Part shown: positions 9,032 to 18,695 of the stretch, in pieces
Numbering within the stretch: the stretch's first letter is position 1
Layout: every line of letters starts with the position of its first letter
DNA from: Candidatus Spongiisociaceae bacterium
GTDB lineage: Bacteria > Actinomycetota > Acidimicrobiia > Spongiisociales > Spongiisociaceae
Direction of reading: 5' to 3'
DNA length: 64,000 bases
Assembly: GCA_965262915.1 (NCBI GenBank)
Contig: OZ253564.1
Coordinates: 992,001 to 1,056,000 of the forward strand
Notes under the pieces: generated by a model
The model's input: the letters and a program-made list of their open reading frames with translations, nothing else
Database searches by the model: none
What the model was told of the DNA's origin: nothing
Program-made: the position numbers and the translations under genes

Positions 9032-11003
9032 CTAGCCCATCTTCTCGCGGCAGGACGCCTGGCGCGCTTCCGGAAGAGCGGCGCAGAAGGCCCCCCTCTC
9101 CGATGGCCCCGTCAGAATGTTGACCGTCCTCGGGATGATCGTCTCGTAGCACCCGTTCTGCTCGGTGTTGTTGTCGGCCAACATCGCACAGAACTCCAGA
9201 GCCCTGGAGGCTCCACTCGGATCCCAGAAACCGTCCTGTACCGCTCCTGACAGGCACACGACCCTCAGATCCCCCTCGGGCGCCAAGTTACATGTCTCGA
9301 TGGATCTGGCCGGGTCCTGGTAGTGATGAGCGCTCACATCTCGTCCGAAGGAAGCAAAGCAATGCCACTGAGCAGAGTACGGAATCTCCAAACAGGCCTT
9401 CGCCACCTTGGTGAAGTCGCTGTCGAACACGTACATCATATGGCTGGTCTGATAGAAGTAGCACTGGTCGATATATCGTGCCTGCACTATGTCACAAGGG
9501 AAGTGGGGATCGTCAGCTTGAATATACTCCGAAGAGTGCCCCATCACACCGCTCAGCCCGCCCACGACGTTCTCCATGAACACTCCTGACTGGCACGATA
9601 GTTGGTCATATCCCTCCGGGGCGTGATCGCAGAGATCGAGGGCTTCATGCAGTTCGTAAGATGTCCAAGCCATCAGCCCGTGTCCGATGCCATGTAGACA
9701 TTGGTGCCTCGTAAAGGGGTTCGGCGCATAAGAACATATCACGTTGATATTCTCTTCCAGGTGGATCGTTCCACGTTCGGCGAAAAAGGCTTCGATGGCT
9801 CCGTGCGAAAGCCCGGCTTGGCACTCATGGACGACGACGGTAATGGCTACCGGACCGAACTCCTCATAAGCTATCCGCCCTGCTACATGAGCTTGGTCGT
9901 GGCAGGACCGACCGGTAGCCAGCTCATGTTCATGGAGTAGCTCCAGAGCTTGAGCAGCTCCGTAGAGTTTGATGAAGTCCCGCAGTTCCCGATCGTCATT
10001 CACGTTGTATTCCTCCGCCGCTGATGGGGGAGCAACCGGGAAATGCAACTCGGGCATCGAGATCAGCAGTGGCAGCACCTCCTGTTCACCGCCTCCGAGT
10101 GCCACCACCATGCCCACCTCCGAGGGTTCGACATGGTTGTGGTACCTCCAGTATCCGTCTCGCTCGAATCGGTAACTCCACGACCCCCTCGGAGGTATCG
10201 TCTGCAAGGGATCGAAGCTCGACAGGATGGCATGCGTGGGATGGATATTGGAGGCGGGCCACACCGGCACCTCCGATTGGTTGACGAAGGTGACCACGGA
10301 GCCGGTGGGGATATCGAGACGCTGGGGCGTGAACACTCCGCCCGCATAGGTAACGAGGTACTCCTTCTCGGCGGGTTGATCCTCAACCGGCGTCCCGTCC
10401 TCATCCGGATCTTCGGTGGCGGTGTCCGTAGGAGCCGGACCGCTCGGTAGTGAGGTGCTCGTCGGGGCAGGATCGTCGGGCGGCATTGTGGTTACCGGAC
10501 CGCGTTCCGGTTCGGAGGTGGGGGGACTGCTGGCCGGTTCCGGCTCGTCGTCCGGAAGGCCGGGCGTGCCATCCTCGTGGCCGGCCTGATCGCCGGTTCG
10601 GATGTCGGGAACGGTCGTGGTGGGGGCGGGTCCTTCTACCTCGATCCAGTCGCCTTCCCCTCCGTCGGCCCACCGTCGACCGTCGGCGTGGCAGTATCCG
10701 TCCTCGATCCGGGCGGCGGCGGAGGCGCATGGATGTTCATCACCCGAGAGGGTTGGCCGAGTGATCGCCGCCACACCCGTTTCGTCACCGCCGGCTTCAG
10801 GGACACTGCTCGAGGTGGTGGTATCGCCGGCGCCGCCGCCGGTGGTCGGCGAGGTAGTCGTCAGTTGGAGAACGACGGAATCTGTGGTCGAACCCGGAAC
10901 GGAGCGGTCCGTGTCGCTACTGCACCCGGTAGCAAGGAACAGGGCGATGCCGACCGCAGCGACCGTACGATGATGGAGTCTTCGAGTGTTTTCCGGCGGT
11001 CAT
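9032..11003 (-). CDS. Lipoprotein with Thr/Pro-rich linker, cupredoxin-like domain and Cys/His-rich C-terminal domain; apparent +1 frameshift near the start
   Basis: Frame is open upstream of 10774 and includes a lipobox (VGIALFLATGC); VTFVNQS..WPASNIHPTH..WRYHNH; CHDQAHVAGR, CLHGIGHGLM, CQSGVFME; ATG at 11003 is out of frame by 1 nt. Confidence 0.7.
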
Positions 11004-11183
11004 GATCTGTCGGGTCCGAGATGGTAATGAGCCGGTTCGCAACAACCAAGATAAGACTGACTATCGCGAGAAACCCGACATTCGGTGTGGATGAACAACG
11101 TGTGACGGCATCTGCCGTACCGGCCTCCGCCGTGGTGTAGCCGATGCCGTCATCGGATACCCCGAGCAGCCGCCGGAAGGTGC

Positions 11184-11819
11184 TCACCAGAAGTCGACTT
11201 CGTCATCCACGCCATCGTCGCCGGGGTCGAGACCACAGGGCTGGTCGGGCGGGTGGCCCCAGACCTCGGGGGGCGCCGTGGCGCAAATGTAGACGCCGAA
11301 GGTCCAGACAAGGCCGCCCACGCCATCGAGGTCTCCCTGCTCGTACAGCACGTACTCGCACCGCATGCCGGCGTCGGGATTGTCCGGGTCGTAGCGGCGG
11401 TCCGTCTCGCATCCGGTGAGGTCTTCCCAGTTCGGGCCACCATTGCGGTCCGCGAGGCGCCGGTACTCTCGGTCTCCGGGATCCCGTCCATGATCCCCGA
11501 GCGTGGCCATCGCGTAGCGCAATATGGCCTGGCGCGCCTCGGCGACCGACTCGACGACGACGGGACCGCCGGGCTCTATCACACATCCTGTCATCCTTTC
11601 GAGCCTGACCTCGATCACCAGCCCGGCGCGGTGCTTGACCCACCGGATGGCTTCCGCCCACGCCTCCTCCCGGCTCTCGAAACCGAGCGAGTCAGGCTCC
11701 CTGACGGGCTCGCCGTCGAGCGTCGGCACCCAGAGATGCCCCCACTCCCGCACCGCGCCGGGCGTGGGCAGGTTCTCGACGGTCGGCGCGCCGTATCTCA
11801 TATCGAAGTTCGAATCCAT
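11184..11819 (-). CDS. Hypothetical acidic protein
   Basis: ATG with GGGGAG RBS; protein-like composition; no family recognised. Confidence 0.55.
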   Translation of the reverse strand: MDSNFDMRYGAPTVENLPTPGAVREWGHLWVPTLDGEPVREPDSLGFESREEAWAEAIRWVKHRAGLVIEVRLERMTGCVIEPGGPVVVESVAEARQAILRYAMATLGDHGRDPGDREYRRLADRNGGPNWEDLTGCETDRRYDPDNPDAGMRCEYVLYEQGDLDGVGGLVWTFGVYICATAPPEVWGHPPDQPCGLDPGDDGVDDEVDFW

Positions 11820-11976
11820 GCTCCCCAAGGTAGTCAGGCGGTGTGATACAGGGCATGGCTTCGAGGGGGCGCACGGCTGGGAGAAGGCTGAGGAACGGTG
11901 AGAATGCTTGGCACGCCGGCCGTTGAACGGGCATTTTCGTCGTAGGTCGGGCCGAGGGAGGGTTTTCCGGAACGCT

Positions 11977-12005
11977 TCTAGACATCTCTGGAGCGGCTGT
12001 CTAGA
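11977..12005. promoter_or_regulatory. Inverted repeat, putative operator of the downstream TA-like pair
   Basis: TCTAGACA-N13-TGTCTAGA, 8 nt upstream of ATG 12014. Confidence 0.45.
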
Positions 12006-12013
12006 TTGGTGGT

Positions 12014-12553
12014 ATGAAGACAAGAGCCCTGATGCGGAAGGAACTCCGAGTCGAGGACTTCGGTCTGGACAGCCACGCCGCCAAGTATATAGGTGCGCTG
12101 GAGGCCAAATCCGAGGCATTCGAACGGCTGCTCCTGCTCCTCAACGACCCGTCGCACGAGCAGAGGCTCATCGACGCCGAAGCGCACGGCCTGCCCGCTC
12201 TCGCAGGCGTCGTTCGGTTCATCGAGTCCGATGCGGTGATCTCCCGGGAGCTCACGGGTAAAGGCGGCAGCCTCCGGTTCCGGCAAGCGGTCGGCGTCGC
12301 AGTCAAGCTGAAGATGGCCAAGCTCGGTTGGACAGTGACGGGAAGCAAGGGGGCTGTCAGGGGCGCCCGCCACTTCGTCAAGGCCGAGCACTACGCCCAG
12401 GTGCCCGACTCGGACGAGCGGTACGAGACCCGTGTGCTGGCTGTGCTGGACGAGTTGGGCAGGATCGGTGACGAGGCAGAACGGGAACGGACGCGCCGTG
12501 AGCTGTTGAGAGCCCTCGCTCGCACCCGAGCCGGAGAAGGGCGCCCGTTCTGA
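12014..12553 (+). CDS. Hypothetical protein, putative antitoxin
   Basis: 179-aa helical ORF directly upstream of a PIN gene. Confidence 0.65.
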   Translation: MKTRALMRKELRVEDFGLDSHAAKYIGALEAKSEAFERLLLLLNDPSHEQRLIDAEAHGLPALAGVVRFIESDAVISRELTGKGGSLRFRQAVGVAVKLKMAKLGWTVTGSKGAVRGARHFVKAEHYAQVPDSDERYETRVLAVLDELGRIGDEAERERTRRELLRALARTRAGEGRPF

Positions 12554-12587
12554 CGGGCGCCGCCCGAGAGCGCACCGCGCCGACGAG

Positions 12588-13031
12588 GTGCTGATCGTCC
12601 TCGACGCGGGTCCCTTGGGGCTGCTCAGCAACCCGACCACATCCCGCCCGGTCGAGGGAGCTTGGGCCTGGGCGAGCGCTCGACTCGACGACGGGTGCCG
12701 CTTCGTCGTGCCCGAGATCGCTGACTACGAGGTCCGACGCGAGCTGATCCGCGCCGGCAAGGACCTCGGTGTCGAGAGGCTCGACTTGTTGGCGCACGCT
12801 CTCGGCTACGCCCCCATCACTACGGCCGTCATGCGGCATGCCGCGGCACTGTGGGCCGATGCTCGCAACTCGGGGATTCCGACAGCCGTAGATCCGGCGT
12901 TGGACGCAGATGTCATACTGGCGGCTCAGGCCCTCAGCCTCGGCACCGACGGCGAAACGGTGGTCGTCGCGACCACCAACGTCACGCACCTGAAACGCTA
13001 CGTCGAAGCCCGGCTCTGGTCGCAGGTATGA
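12588..13031 (+). CDS. vapC: PIN-domain (VapC-like) nuclease
   Basis: IVLDAGPLG, PEIADYEVRREL, LDADVILAAQA, VVATTNVTHL. Confidence 0.85.
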   Translation: MLIVLDAGPLGLLSNPTTSRPVEGAWAWASARLDDGCRFVVPEIADYEVRRELIRAGKDLGVERLDLLAHALGYAPITTAVMRHAAALWADARNSGIPTAVDPALDADVILAAQALSLGTDGETVVVATTNVTHLKRYVEARLWSQV

Positions 13032-13140
13032 GGCCACGATCGTCGGAGCGGATCATCCGGTGCCGAGTTCACCTCCGAGTCGGTATCGTTCTCTCACCCG
13101 TAACTAGAAAGGATACGGCCCCCATGGGAGACCCTCGGCA

Positions 13141-14919
13141 ATGACGATGCAAGCAATCATGGTGCTGGCCATCCTTGTCGGGACGGTCGCTCTGTTCGTC
13201 TCCGAGAAGTACCCGCTCGATCTCGTAGCGATGCTAGGGCTCGGGAGCCTGCTCGCGCTGCGTCTGGTCACTCCCCAGGAGGGATTCTCCGGTTTCAGCA
13301 ATCCGGCGACCCTCACCGTGGCCGCCATGTTCATCCTCAGTGCAGGTCTCCAGAAGACAGGCGCCACGGCCGCCGTGGGACGCATCATGGTGCGCTACGG
13401 CAAGGACCACTACACGGCGCTGGTGGTGGTCATGGGGACCATCACCATCATGTCGGCCTTCGTGAACAACACGGCGGCGGTGGCCGTTTTCATCCCTCTG
13501 GTCACGATCCTGGCCAACCGGCGCAGGCTGTCCGCCTCCAAGCTGCTCATCCCGCTCTCCTACGCGTCGCAGTTCGGCGGTGTGTGCACGCTCATCGGCA
13601 CCTCGACCAATCTGTTGGTCAGCTCGATCTCGGAGGAGGCGGGGTACGGATCGTTCAGCATGTTCGAGTTCAGCCGGATGGGGCTGATCCTCTTCGTGGC
13701 CGGGGTCCTCTTCTTCCTGCTGCTGGGCCGATGGCTGCTTCCCGAGCGCCAGGTGAGTGAGCTCGCCAACACGTACAACCTGGGCGAGTACGTTACCGAG
13801 ATGCGGGTCCGCGGAAACTCCCCGCTGGTCGGCAAGACCGTGCTCGAGAGCAGGCTTGGGGAAGAGCATGACGTGACGGTCCTTCGGGTACTGCACATAG
13901 GTGATCCCGGATGGGCGCCCCTCCGGCAGACTCTCGAGCCGGACCATGTGCTGCTGGTGCGCGGTGAGATCAGCGAGTTGATGCTCCTGCGTGATTCCAT
14001 GGGTCTCGAGCTCAACGTGGATTTCAAGCTGCGGGACGAGACGTTTCAGACCGAAGATCTGCGGCTGGTGCAGGCCTTGGTAGCCCCGGGATCCGAACTC
14101 ATCGGTTACACCCTCAAGGAACTGGACTTCAGGAACCGCTACAAGGCGCTGGTGCTGGCGATGCAGCGGCGGGGCGAGACGATACACGACCAGCTCAGCT
14201 CGGTCGCCCTCAGCCTGGGCGACGTGATCCTGATCCAGGCTCACGAAGCGGAGATCAGGACCCTTCGGCGCAACAGCGACTTCATCGTGCTCGACGAGGT
14301 ACCCGGGAGCGTGCTGCGGCGCCGTACCCCGCTGGTAATCGGGATCCTCATCGCCGTCGTAGGGCTGGCGGCCTTCAATGTCTTCCCGATCCTCGTCACT
14401 GCGTTGCTCGGCTGTCTGGCAATGTTGCTGACCCGCGTCCTGAGAGTGGACGAGGCGTATCACGCTATCAACTGGCAGGTCATTTTCCTATTGGCCGGAA
14501 TCCTTCCCCTCGGCATTGCCATGAATACGAGCGGCGCCGCCGGGTTCATAGCGGAACGAGCAGTAGGGGTGGTCGGCGATATGGGCCCCGTAGCCGTGCT
14601 GGCGGTCATCTACCTGATGACATCGGTGATGACCGACACGATGAGCAATGCTGCTGCCGCCGTGCTTCTCGCGCCGATCGCCATCTCGACCGCGGAGCAG
14701 ATCGGCGTCGACCCGCGGCCCTTCCTGATGGCGATCACCTTCGCCGCCTCGACCGGCTTCTCGACGCCGGTGGGTTACCAGACGAACACAATGATCTACA
14801 ACGCAGGAGGCTACAAGTACACGGACTTCCTGCGCACCGGCGTGCCACTCAGCATCGTGTTCTGGATCCTGTCCGTGATCTTCATCCCCCGACTCTGGTC
14901 GTTCTGGCCGGATGGATGA
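13141..14919 (+). CDS. SLC13/CitMHS family permease with two TrkA-C (RCK_C) domains
   Basis: GFSNPAT, SAFVNNT, TLIGTSTNL, TPVGYQTNTMI. Confidence 0.9.
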   Translation: MTMQAIMVLAILVGTVALFVSEKYPLDLVAMLGLGSLLALRLVTPQEGFSGFSNPATLTVAAMFILSAGLQKTGATAAVGRIMVRYGKDHYTALVVVMGTITIMSAFVNNTAAVAVFIPLVTILANRRRLSASKLLIPLSYASQFGGVCTLIGTSTNLLVSSISEEAGYGSFSMFEFSRMGLILFVAGVLFFLLLGRWLLPERQVSELANTYNLGEYVTEMRVRGNSPLVGKTVLESRLGEEHDVTVLRVLHIGDPGWAPLRQTLEPDHVLLVRGEISELMLLRDSMGLELNVDFKLRDETFQTEDLRLVQALVAPGSELIGYTLKELDFRNRYKALVLAMQRRGETIHDQLSSVALSLGDVILIQAHEAEIRTLRRNSDFIVLDEVPGSVLRRRTPLVIGILIAVVGLAAFNVFPILVTALLGCLAMLLTRVLRVDEAYHAINWQVIFLLAGILPLGIAMNTSGAAGFIAERAVGVVGDMGPVAVLAVIYLMTSVMTDTMSNAAAAVLLAPIAISTAEQIGVDPRPFLMAITFAASTGFSTPVGYQTNTMIYNAGGYKYTDFLRTGVPLSIVFWILSVIFIPRLWSFWPDG

Positions 14920-15010
14920 ACCCTCGATCGCCGCACCCCGGCGTCTTGACGATGAAGTACTGCGCAGCCGGGTCCGACATCCCGGCGACTCGGGCTGAGG
15001 GTTCTGCCTC

Positions 15011-17341
15011 GTGACCTGGCAGATCGGATTCCTGATCCTGCTCCTGGTGGCGATGGCCTACCTGTTCCTCACAGCCAAGCTACCTGTGGATCTCACTGCT
15101 TTCCTGGGGCTGGCGGTGCTGATCCTGGGAGGCTACGTAGGGCCCACGGAAGCCTTCAGCGGGTTCGCCTCACCGGCCGTGATCACCATGCTGGCCATCT
15201 TCATCATAAGCGCAGGTCTCCTGTACACGGGCGTGGCCGACATAGTGGCGTCCAAGGTTTACACGCTTGTGGGCAGCAAGGAGATCCCGCTGATCATCAC
15301 GCTGATGTTGGTGTCGGGCATCCTCTCGGCGTTCATGAACAACATCGCCGCCACCGCGGTCCTGATGCCTGCTGTGGCGGGAATCTCCCGGCGGGCGGGG
15401 CTACCGCCTTCCCGTCTGATGATGCCACTGGCGTTCGGGTCGATCCTCGGCGGGACCACCACGATGGTCGGAACGCCGCCCAACATAGTGGCGGCGACGA
15501 TTCTCTCCGAGCGGGGTCTCGAACCGTTCGGTCTCTTCGAGTTCACGCCGATCGGTGCCCTGCTGCTGGCCGCGGGAGTCCTATTCATGATCACGCTGGG
15601 GAGAAGGCTCCTGCCTGATCGTCAGACGGGTCCGGGGGAGGCCGAAACAGCCGACCTGACGCACATCTATCACCTGGAGGAGCGGCTGTTCACGATAAGG
15701 ATCCCGAAGGCGTCCGCTCTCGACAGGGTCACTCTGGCCGAGGCCAACCTGTCAGGTGCGCTGGGTATCCAGGTGGTCTCCATTCTTCGGCAAGGTGCCA
15801 GGAACTTCGTCCCGACCGCCGAGACCCTGCTGAAAGGCGGCGACGTGCTTCTGGTCGAAGGGCGCCTGCAGGATCTCGAGGACATCATGCGGGTCGGCGA
15901 CGTGGAACTCCGACCCACCACCACACGCCAGATACCACGTCCCATGCGAGGCTTCACCGCCATCCGAGCCGAGGTCCCGGAGGCATCGAGGTTGGTGGGG
16001 AAGAGCCCTCGGGATGCCCATTTCCGGGAGCGCTACCACGTGGTGATCGTCGGGATCGAAAGAGGTGAGCGGACCCTCAGAGAAGGCTTGGCGTCCGAGA
16101 CGCTGCAGGCGGGAGATCGGATAATCGCCCTTGGTGCCCGAGCCGGGCTCTACAAGATGCAGTCCGACCCGGACTTCCGGGTCACGACCCTGGGTCTGGC
16201 CGCCTTGAAGTCCATCGAGGGTCACATCTCGGTGATTCGGGTTCCCTCCGGATCCTCCCTGGTCGGTTCGACGGTAGGGGCCAGCCGCCTCGGCGAACTG
16301 GTGGGTGTGACCATCGGCGCCATCATCCGGGGTGATGTCACGCGGATGGCCGTCTCTCCCGATGACGTGATAGAGGCGGGCGACGGCCTTCTCGTCGCCT
16401 GCGATCCGGCCCGGGTGGAGGATCTGGTCAGGATCGGTGATATCCAGGTGGACACCCGAATCAACCAGGAGGTACTCGAGTCCGAGGATTTCGGCATCGT
16501 GGAGGTGGCTCTTGCCCCGCGATCGGCCGTCGTAGGGAAGAGACTGCGGGATCTCGAGTTTCGGAGGCGCCACGGCCTGCAGCTGCTGGCCGTCTGGCGA
16601 GACGGCCGTTCCATCTACACCGGCCTGCCCGACCTCGTATTCCGGCTAGGTGACGCCCTGCTGGTCCAGGGTCCCTGGGAACGGATCCGGCTCCTTGGAT
16701 CCAACCCCGACTTCGTGGTCCTCTCGGCGGAGGGTCTGCGACCTCGGAGATACAAGAAGGCGCCGCTGGCGCTGGGAGCCCTTTTGCTCATGGTCGCGCT
16801 GGTGGTGTTCGGCATCCAGCCGATCCATGTGGCAGCTTTCATATCGGCCAGCCTGGTTCTCCTCTTCCGCACCGTCACCATGGAAGAGGCGTACAGAGCC
16901 ATCGAGTGGCGAACCATCTTCCTGGTGGCGGCGGTGCTCCCCGTGGGTTTCGCCATGGAGAGAACCGGCGCAGCCCTTCTGCTGGTAAGAGAGGTCAAGG
17001 ACGTGATCGGTCCGTTGGGCAACTACGCCATCCTCGTGGCTCTGGTCCTCTTGGCCAGCATCCTCAGCCAGGCTCTCGACGGCGCCCCGGCCGTGGTCCT
17101 CCTGGCCCCGGTCGCCCTTGAGACGGCTGCTCAATTGGGTATGAACCCCTACGCGGCGATGATGGGTGTGAGCCTCGCCGCCTCGGCCGCCTTCATGACC
17201 CCCTTCAGCCACAAAGCCAACCTCCTGGTCATGGGCGCCGGGGGCTACCGCTCCATCGACTACGCTCGGGTCGGTAGTCCCCTGACCGTTGTGGTCCTAG
17301 GCATCGTGGTGGCCCTCGTACCGGTCTTCTTCCCCATCTGA
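15011..17341 (+). CDS. SLC13/CitMHS family permease with about four TrkA-C domains
   Basis: SAFMNNI, TMVGTPPNI, TPFSHKANLLV; four repeated S.L.G..L...GD.L segments. Confidence 0.9.
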   Translation: MTWQIGFLILLLVAMAYLFLTAKLPVDLTAFLGLAVLILGGYVGPTEAFSGFASPAVITMLAIFIISAGLLYTGVADIVASKVYTLVGSKEIPLIITLMLVSGILSAFMNNIAATAVLMPAVAGISRRAGLPPSRLMMPLAFGSILGGTTTMVGTPPNIVAATILSERGLEPFGLFEFTPIGALLLAAGVLFMITLGRRLLPDRQTGPGEAETADLTHIYHLEERLFTIRIPKASALDRVTLAEANLSGALGIQVVSILRQGARNFVPTAETLLKGGDVLLVEGRLQDLEDIMRVGDVELRPTTTRQIPRPMRGFTAIRAEVPEASRLVGKSPRDAHFRERYHVVIVGIERGERTLREGLASETLQAGDRIIALGARAGLYKMQSDPDFRVTTLGLAALKSIEGHISVIRVPSGSSLVGSTVGASRLGELVGVTIGAIIRGDVTRMAVSPDDVIEAGDGLLVACDPARVEDLVRIGDIQVDTRINQEVLESEDFGIVEVALAPRSAVVGKRLRDLEFRRRHGLQLLAVWRDGRSIYTGLPDLVFRLGDALLVQGPWERIRLLGSNPDFVVLSAEGLRPRRYKKAPLALGALLLMVALVVFGIQPIHVAAFISASLVLLFRTVTMEEAYRAIEWRTIFLVAAVLPVGFAMERTGAALLLVREVKDVIGPLGNYAILVALVLLASILSQALDGAPAVVLLAPVALETAAQLGMNPYAAMMGVSLAASAAFMTPFSHKANLLVMGAGGYRSIDYARVGSPLTVVVLGIVVALVPVFFPI

Positions 17342-17439
17342 GCCCGGCACCTATACGCAATCCACGGGGGCCCGCTTGAGCGCCCTGAGTCAGGCTACGG
17401 CTTGCTGGAAACGGCATACCGGCCTCCACTTCCCATAAC

Positions 17440-17500
17440 CGGAAAGCCCAGAAAAAGCGGAAAGCCCAGAAAAAGCGGAAAGCCCAGAAAAAGCGGAAAG
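17440..17500 (+). repeat. Perfect 18-bp tandem repeat (CGGAAAGCCCAGAAAAAG) x3.4
   Basis: Read directly; followed by TAGAAT (-10-like) at 17504. Confidence 0.95.
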
Positions 17501-17539
17501 GGCTAGAATCGGTGACTCAGCAGGCCAGGGGCGACGCAG

Positions 17540-18673
17540 GTGCCAGATGTAACGCGGCAGAACCCGTTCTCCCCGACGTTCGGTGCCTCCCCGCCGTTAC
17601 TAGCCGGCCGCGACCCGATCATCGGTGACTTCGAAGAAGCTATCGAGACCGGCCCCGGACATCCCGACTACACCGCCCTGCTGATTGCTGCCCGCGGAAT
17701 GGGCAAGACCGTGCTTCTGAACACCCTGGAGGATCGGGCTATGGACCGCGGGTGGGAAGTCATCGCCGATGATACGTCTACCAGAGGCATGCCGGCCCGC
17801 TTGGAGGACGCCGCACGTGAGGTGCTTGAGAGGTTGCACGGACGCGGGCGCTCGGTCACCGGGGTGGGTCTTGGCCCGGTGAGGGTTCAGCTGGCTGAAC
17901 CCGTCGGCGTCCGGCGCCGGTCGCTGCGGCGGCTACTTGCCGAAGTGGGGGACCGTCTCGATTCGCGGAACGCGGGGTTGTTGATCACTCTCGACGAACT
18001 GCACAACGCCGATGTCGACGAGGTACGCGAGTTCGGCGCGATCATCCAGCACGTGACCCGCAGAGAGGGGCGGCCGGTCGCCTTTGTCGGCGCCGGCCTG
18101 AACATGATCGAAGACACCATCCTGTCCGGCACGGCTACCACGTTCTTTCAGCGTTGCTCCCGCTTCGAGATCGGTCGGCTGTCCGCAACGGCCACGCAGC
18201 AGGCGCTCGCCCGGCCGATCGAGGAGTCGGGTTCCTCGATCGGCCCCGAAGCGCTCGCCAAGGCGGTCGCCGCCTCGTCCGGATACCCGTTCATGGTTCA
18301 GCTTGTCGGATTTCACGCATGGAGACAGGCCAAGGACCCGGCAAGGGGTATCGAGTCCGGCGATGTCGAGGCCGGTGTCCTCGTTGCCCGGCGCCGCGCC
18401 GAGCGGCTCATCCTGGAGCCGGTGTGGAAGGACCTGTCGAAGGTGGACAGGCGCTTTCTGAGAGCGATGGCCGAGGATGACGGAGTCTCCCGCCTATCCG
18501 ACATCGCGGAGCGGCTCGGTAAGGGTACGGACTATGCACGCGTTTACCGCAACAGGCTGCGGAAGGCGGGCATGGTCATTGCCAGTGCGCGCGGCGAGGT
18601 CGACTTCGCGCAGACCTTTGCCCGCGACTGGGTTCGCCGCACCGCCCATGACCAGAACAGCGTGTTGTCGTAG
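17540..18673 (+). CDS. P-loop ATPase (AAA_16 / archaeal-ATPase-like) with C-terminal winged helix
   Basis: NPFSPTFG..P..LAGRD, Walker A AARGMGKT, Walker B LLITLDELH, SGYPFMVQL, SRLSDIAERLG...YRNRL. Confidence 0.85.
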   Translation: MPDVTRQNPFSPTFGASPPLLAGRDPIIGDFEEAIETGPGHPDYTALLIAARGMGKTVLLNTLEDRAMDRGWEVIADDTSTRGMPARLEDAAREVLERLHGRGRSVTGVGLGPVRVQLAEPVGVRRRSLRRLLAEVGDRLDSRNAGLLITLDELHNADVDEVREFGAIIQHVTRREGRPVAFVGAGLNMIEDTILSGTATTFFQRCSRFEIGRLSATATQQALARPIEESGSSIGPEALAKAVAASSGYPFMVQLVGFHAWRQAKDPARGIESGDVEAGVLVARRRAERLILEPVWKDLSKVDRRFLRAMAEDDGVSRLSDIAERLGKGTDYARVYRNRLRKAGMVIASARGEVDFAQTFARDWVRRTAHDQNSVLS

Positions 18674-18695
18674 CCGGGGGCGGCGTTGAGATTGG

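Noticed and set aside
9100-9910. Multiheme cytochrome call for the Cys/His-rich domain
   Set aside because: No CxxCH motifs are present.
17440-17500. Possible CRISPR array
   Set aside because: Units are contiguous with no spacers, and there are no cas genes in the window.
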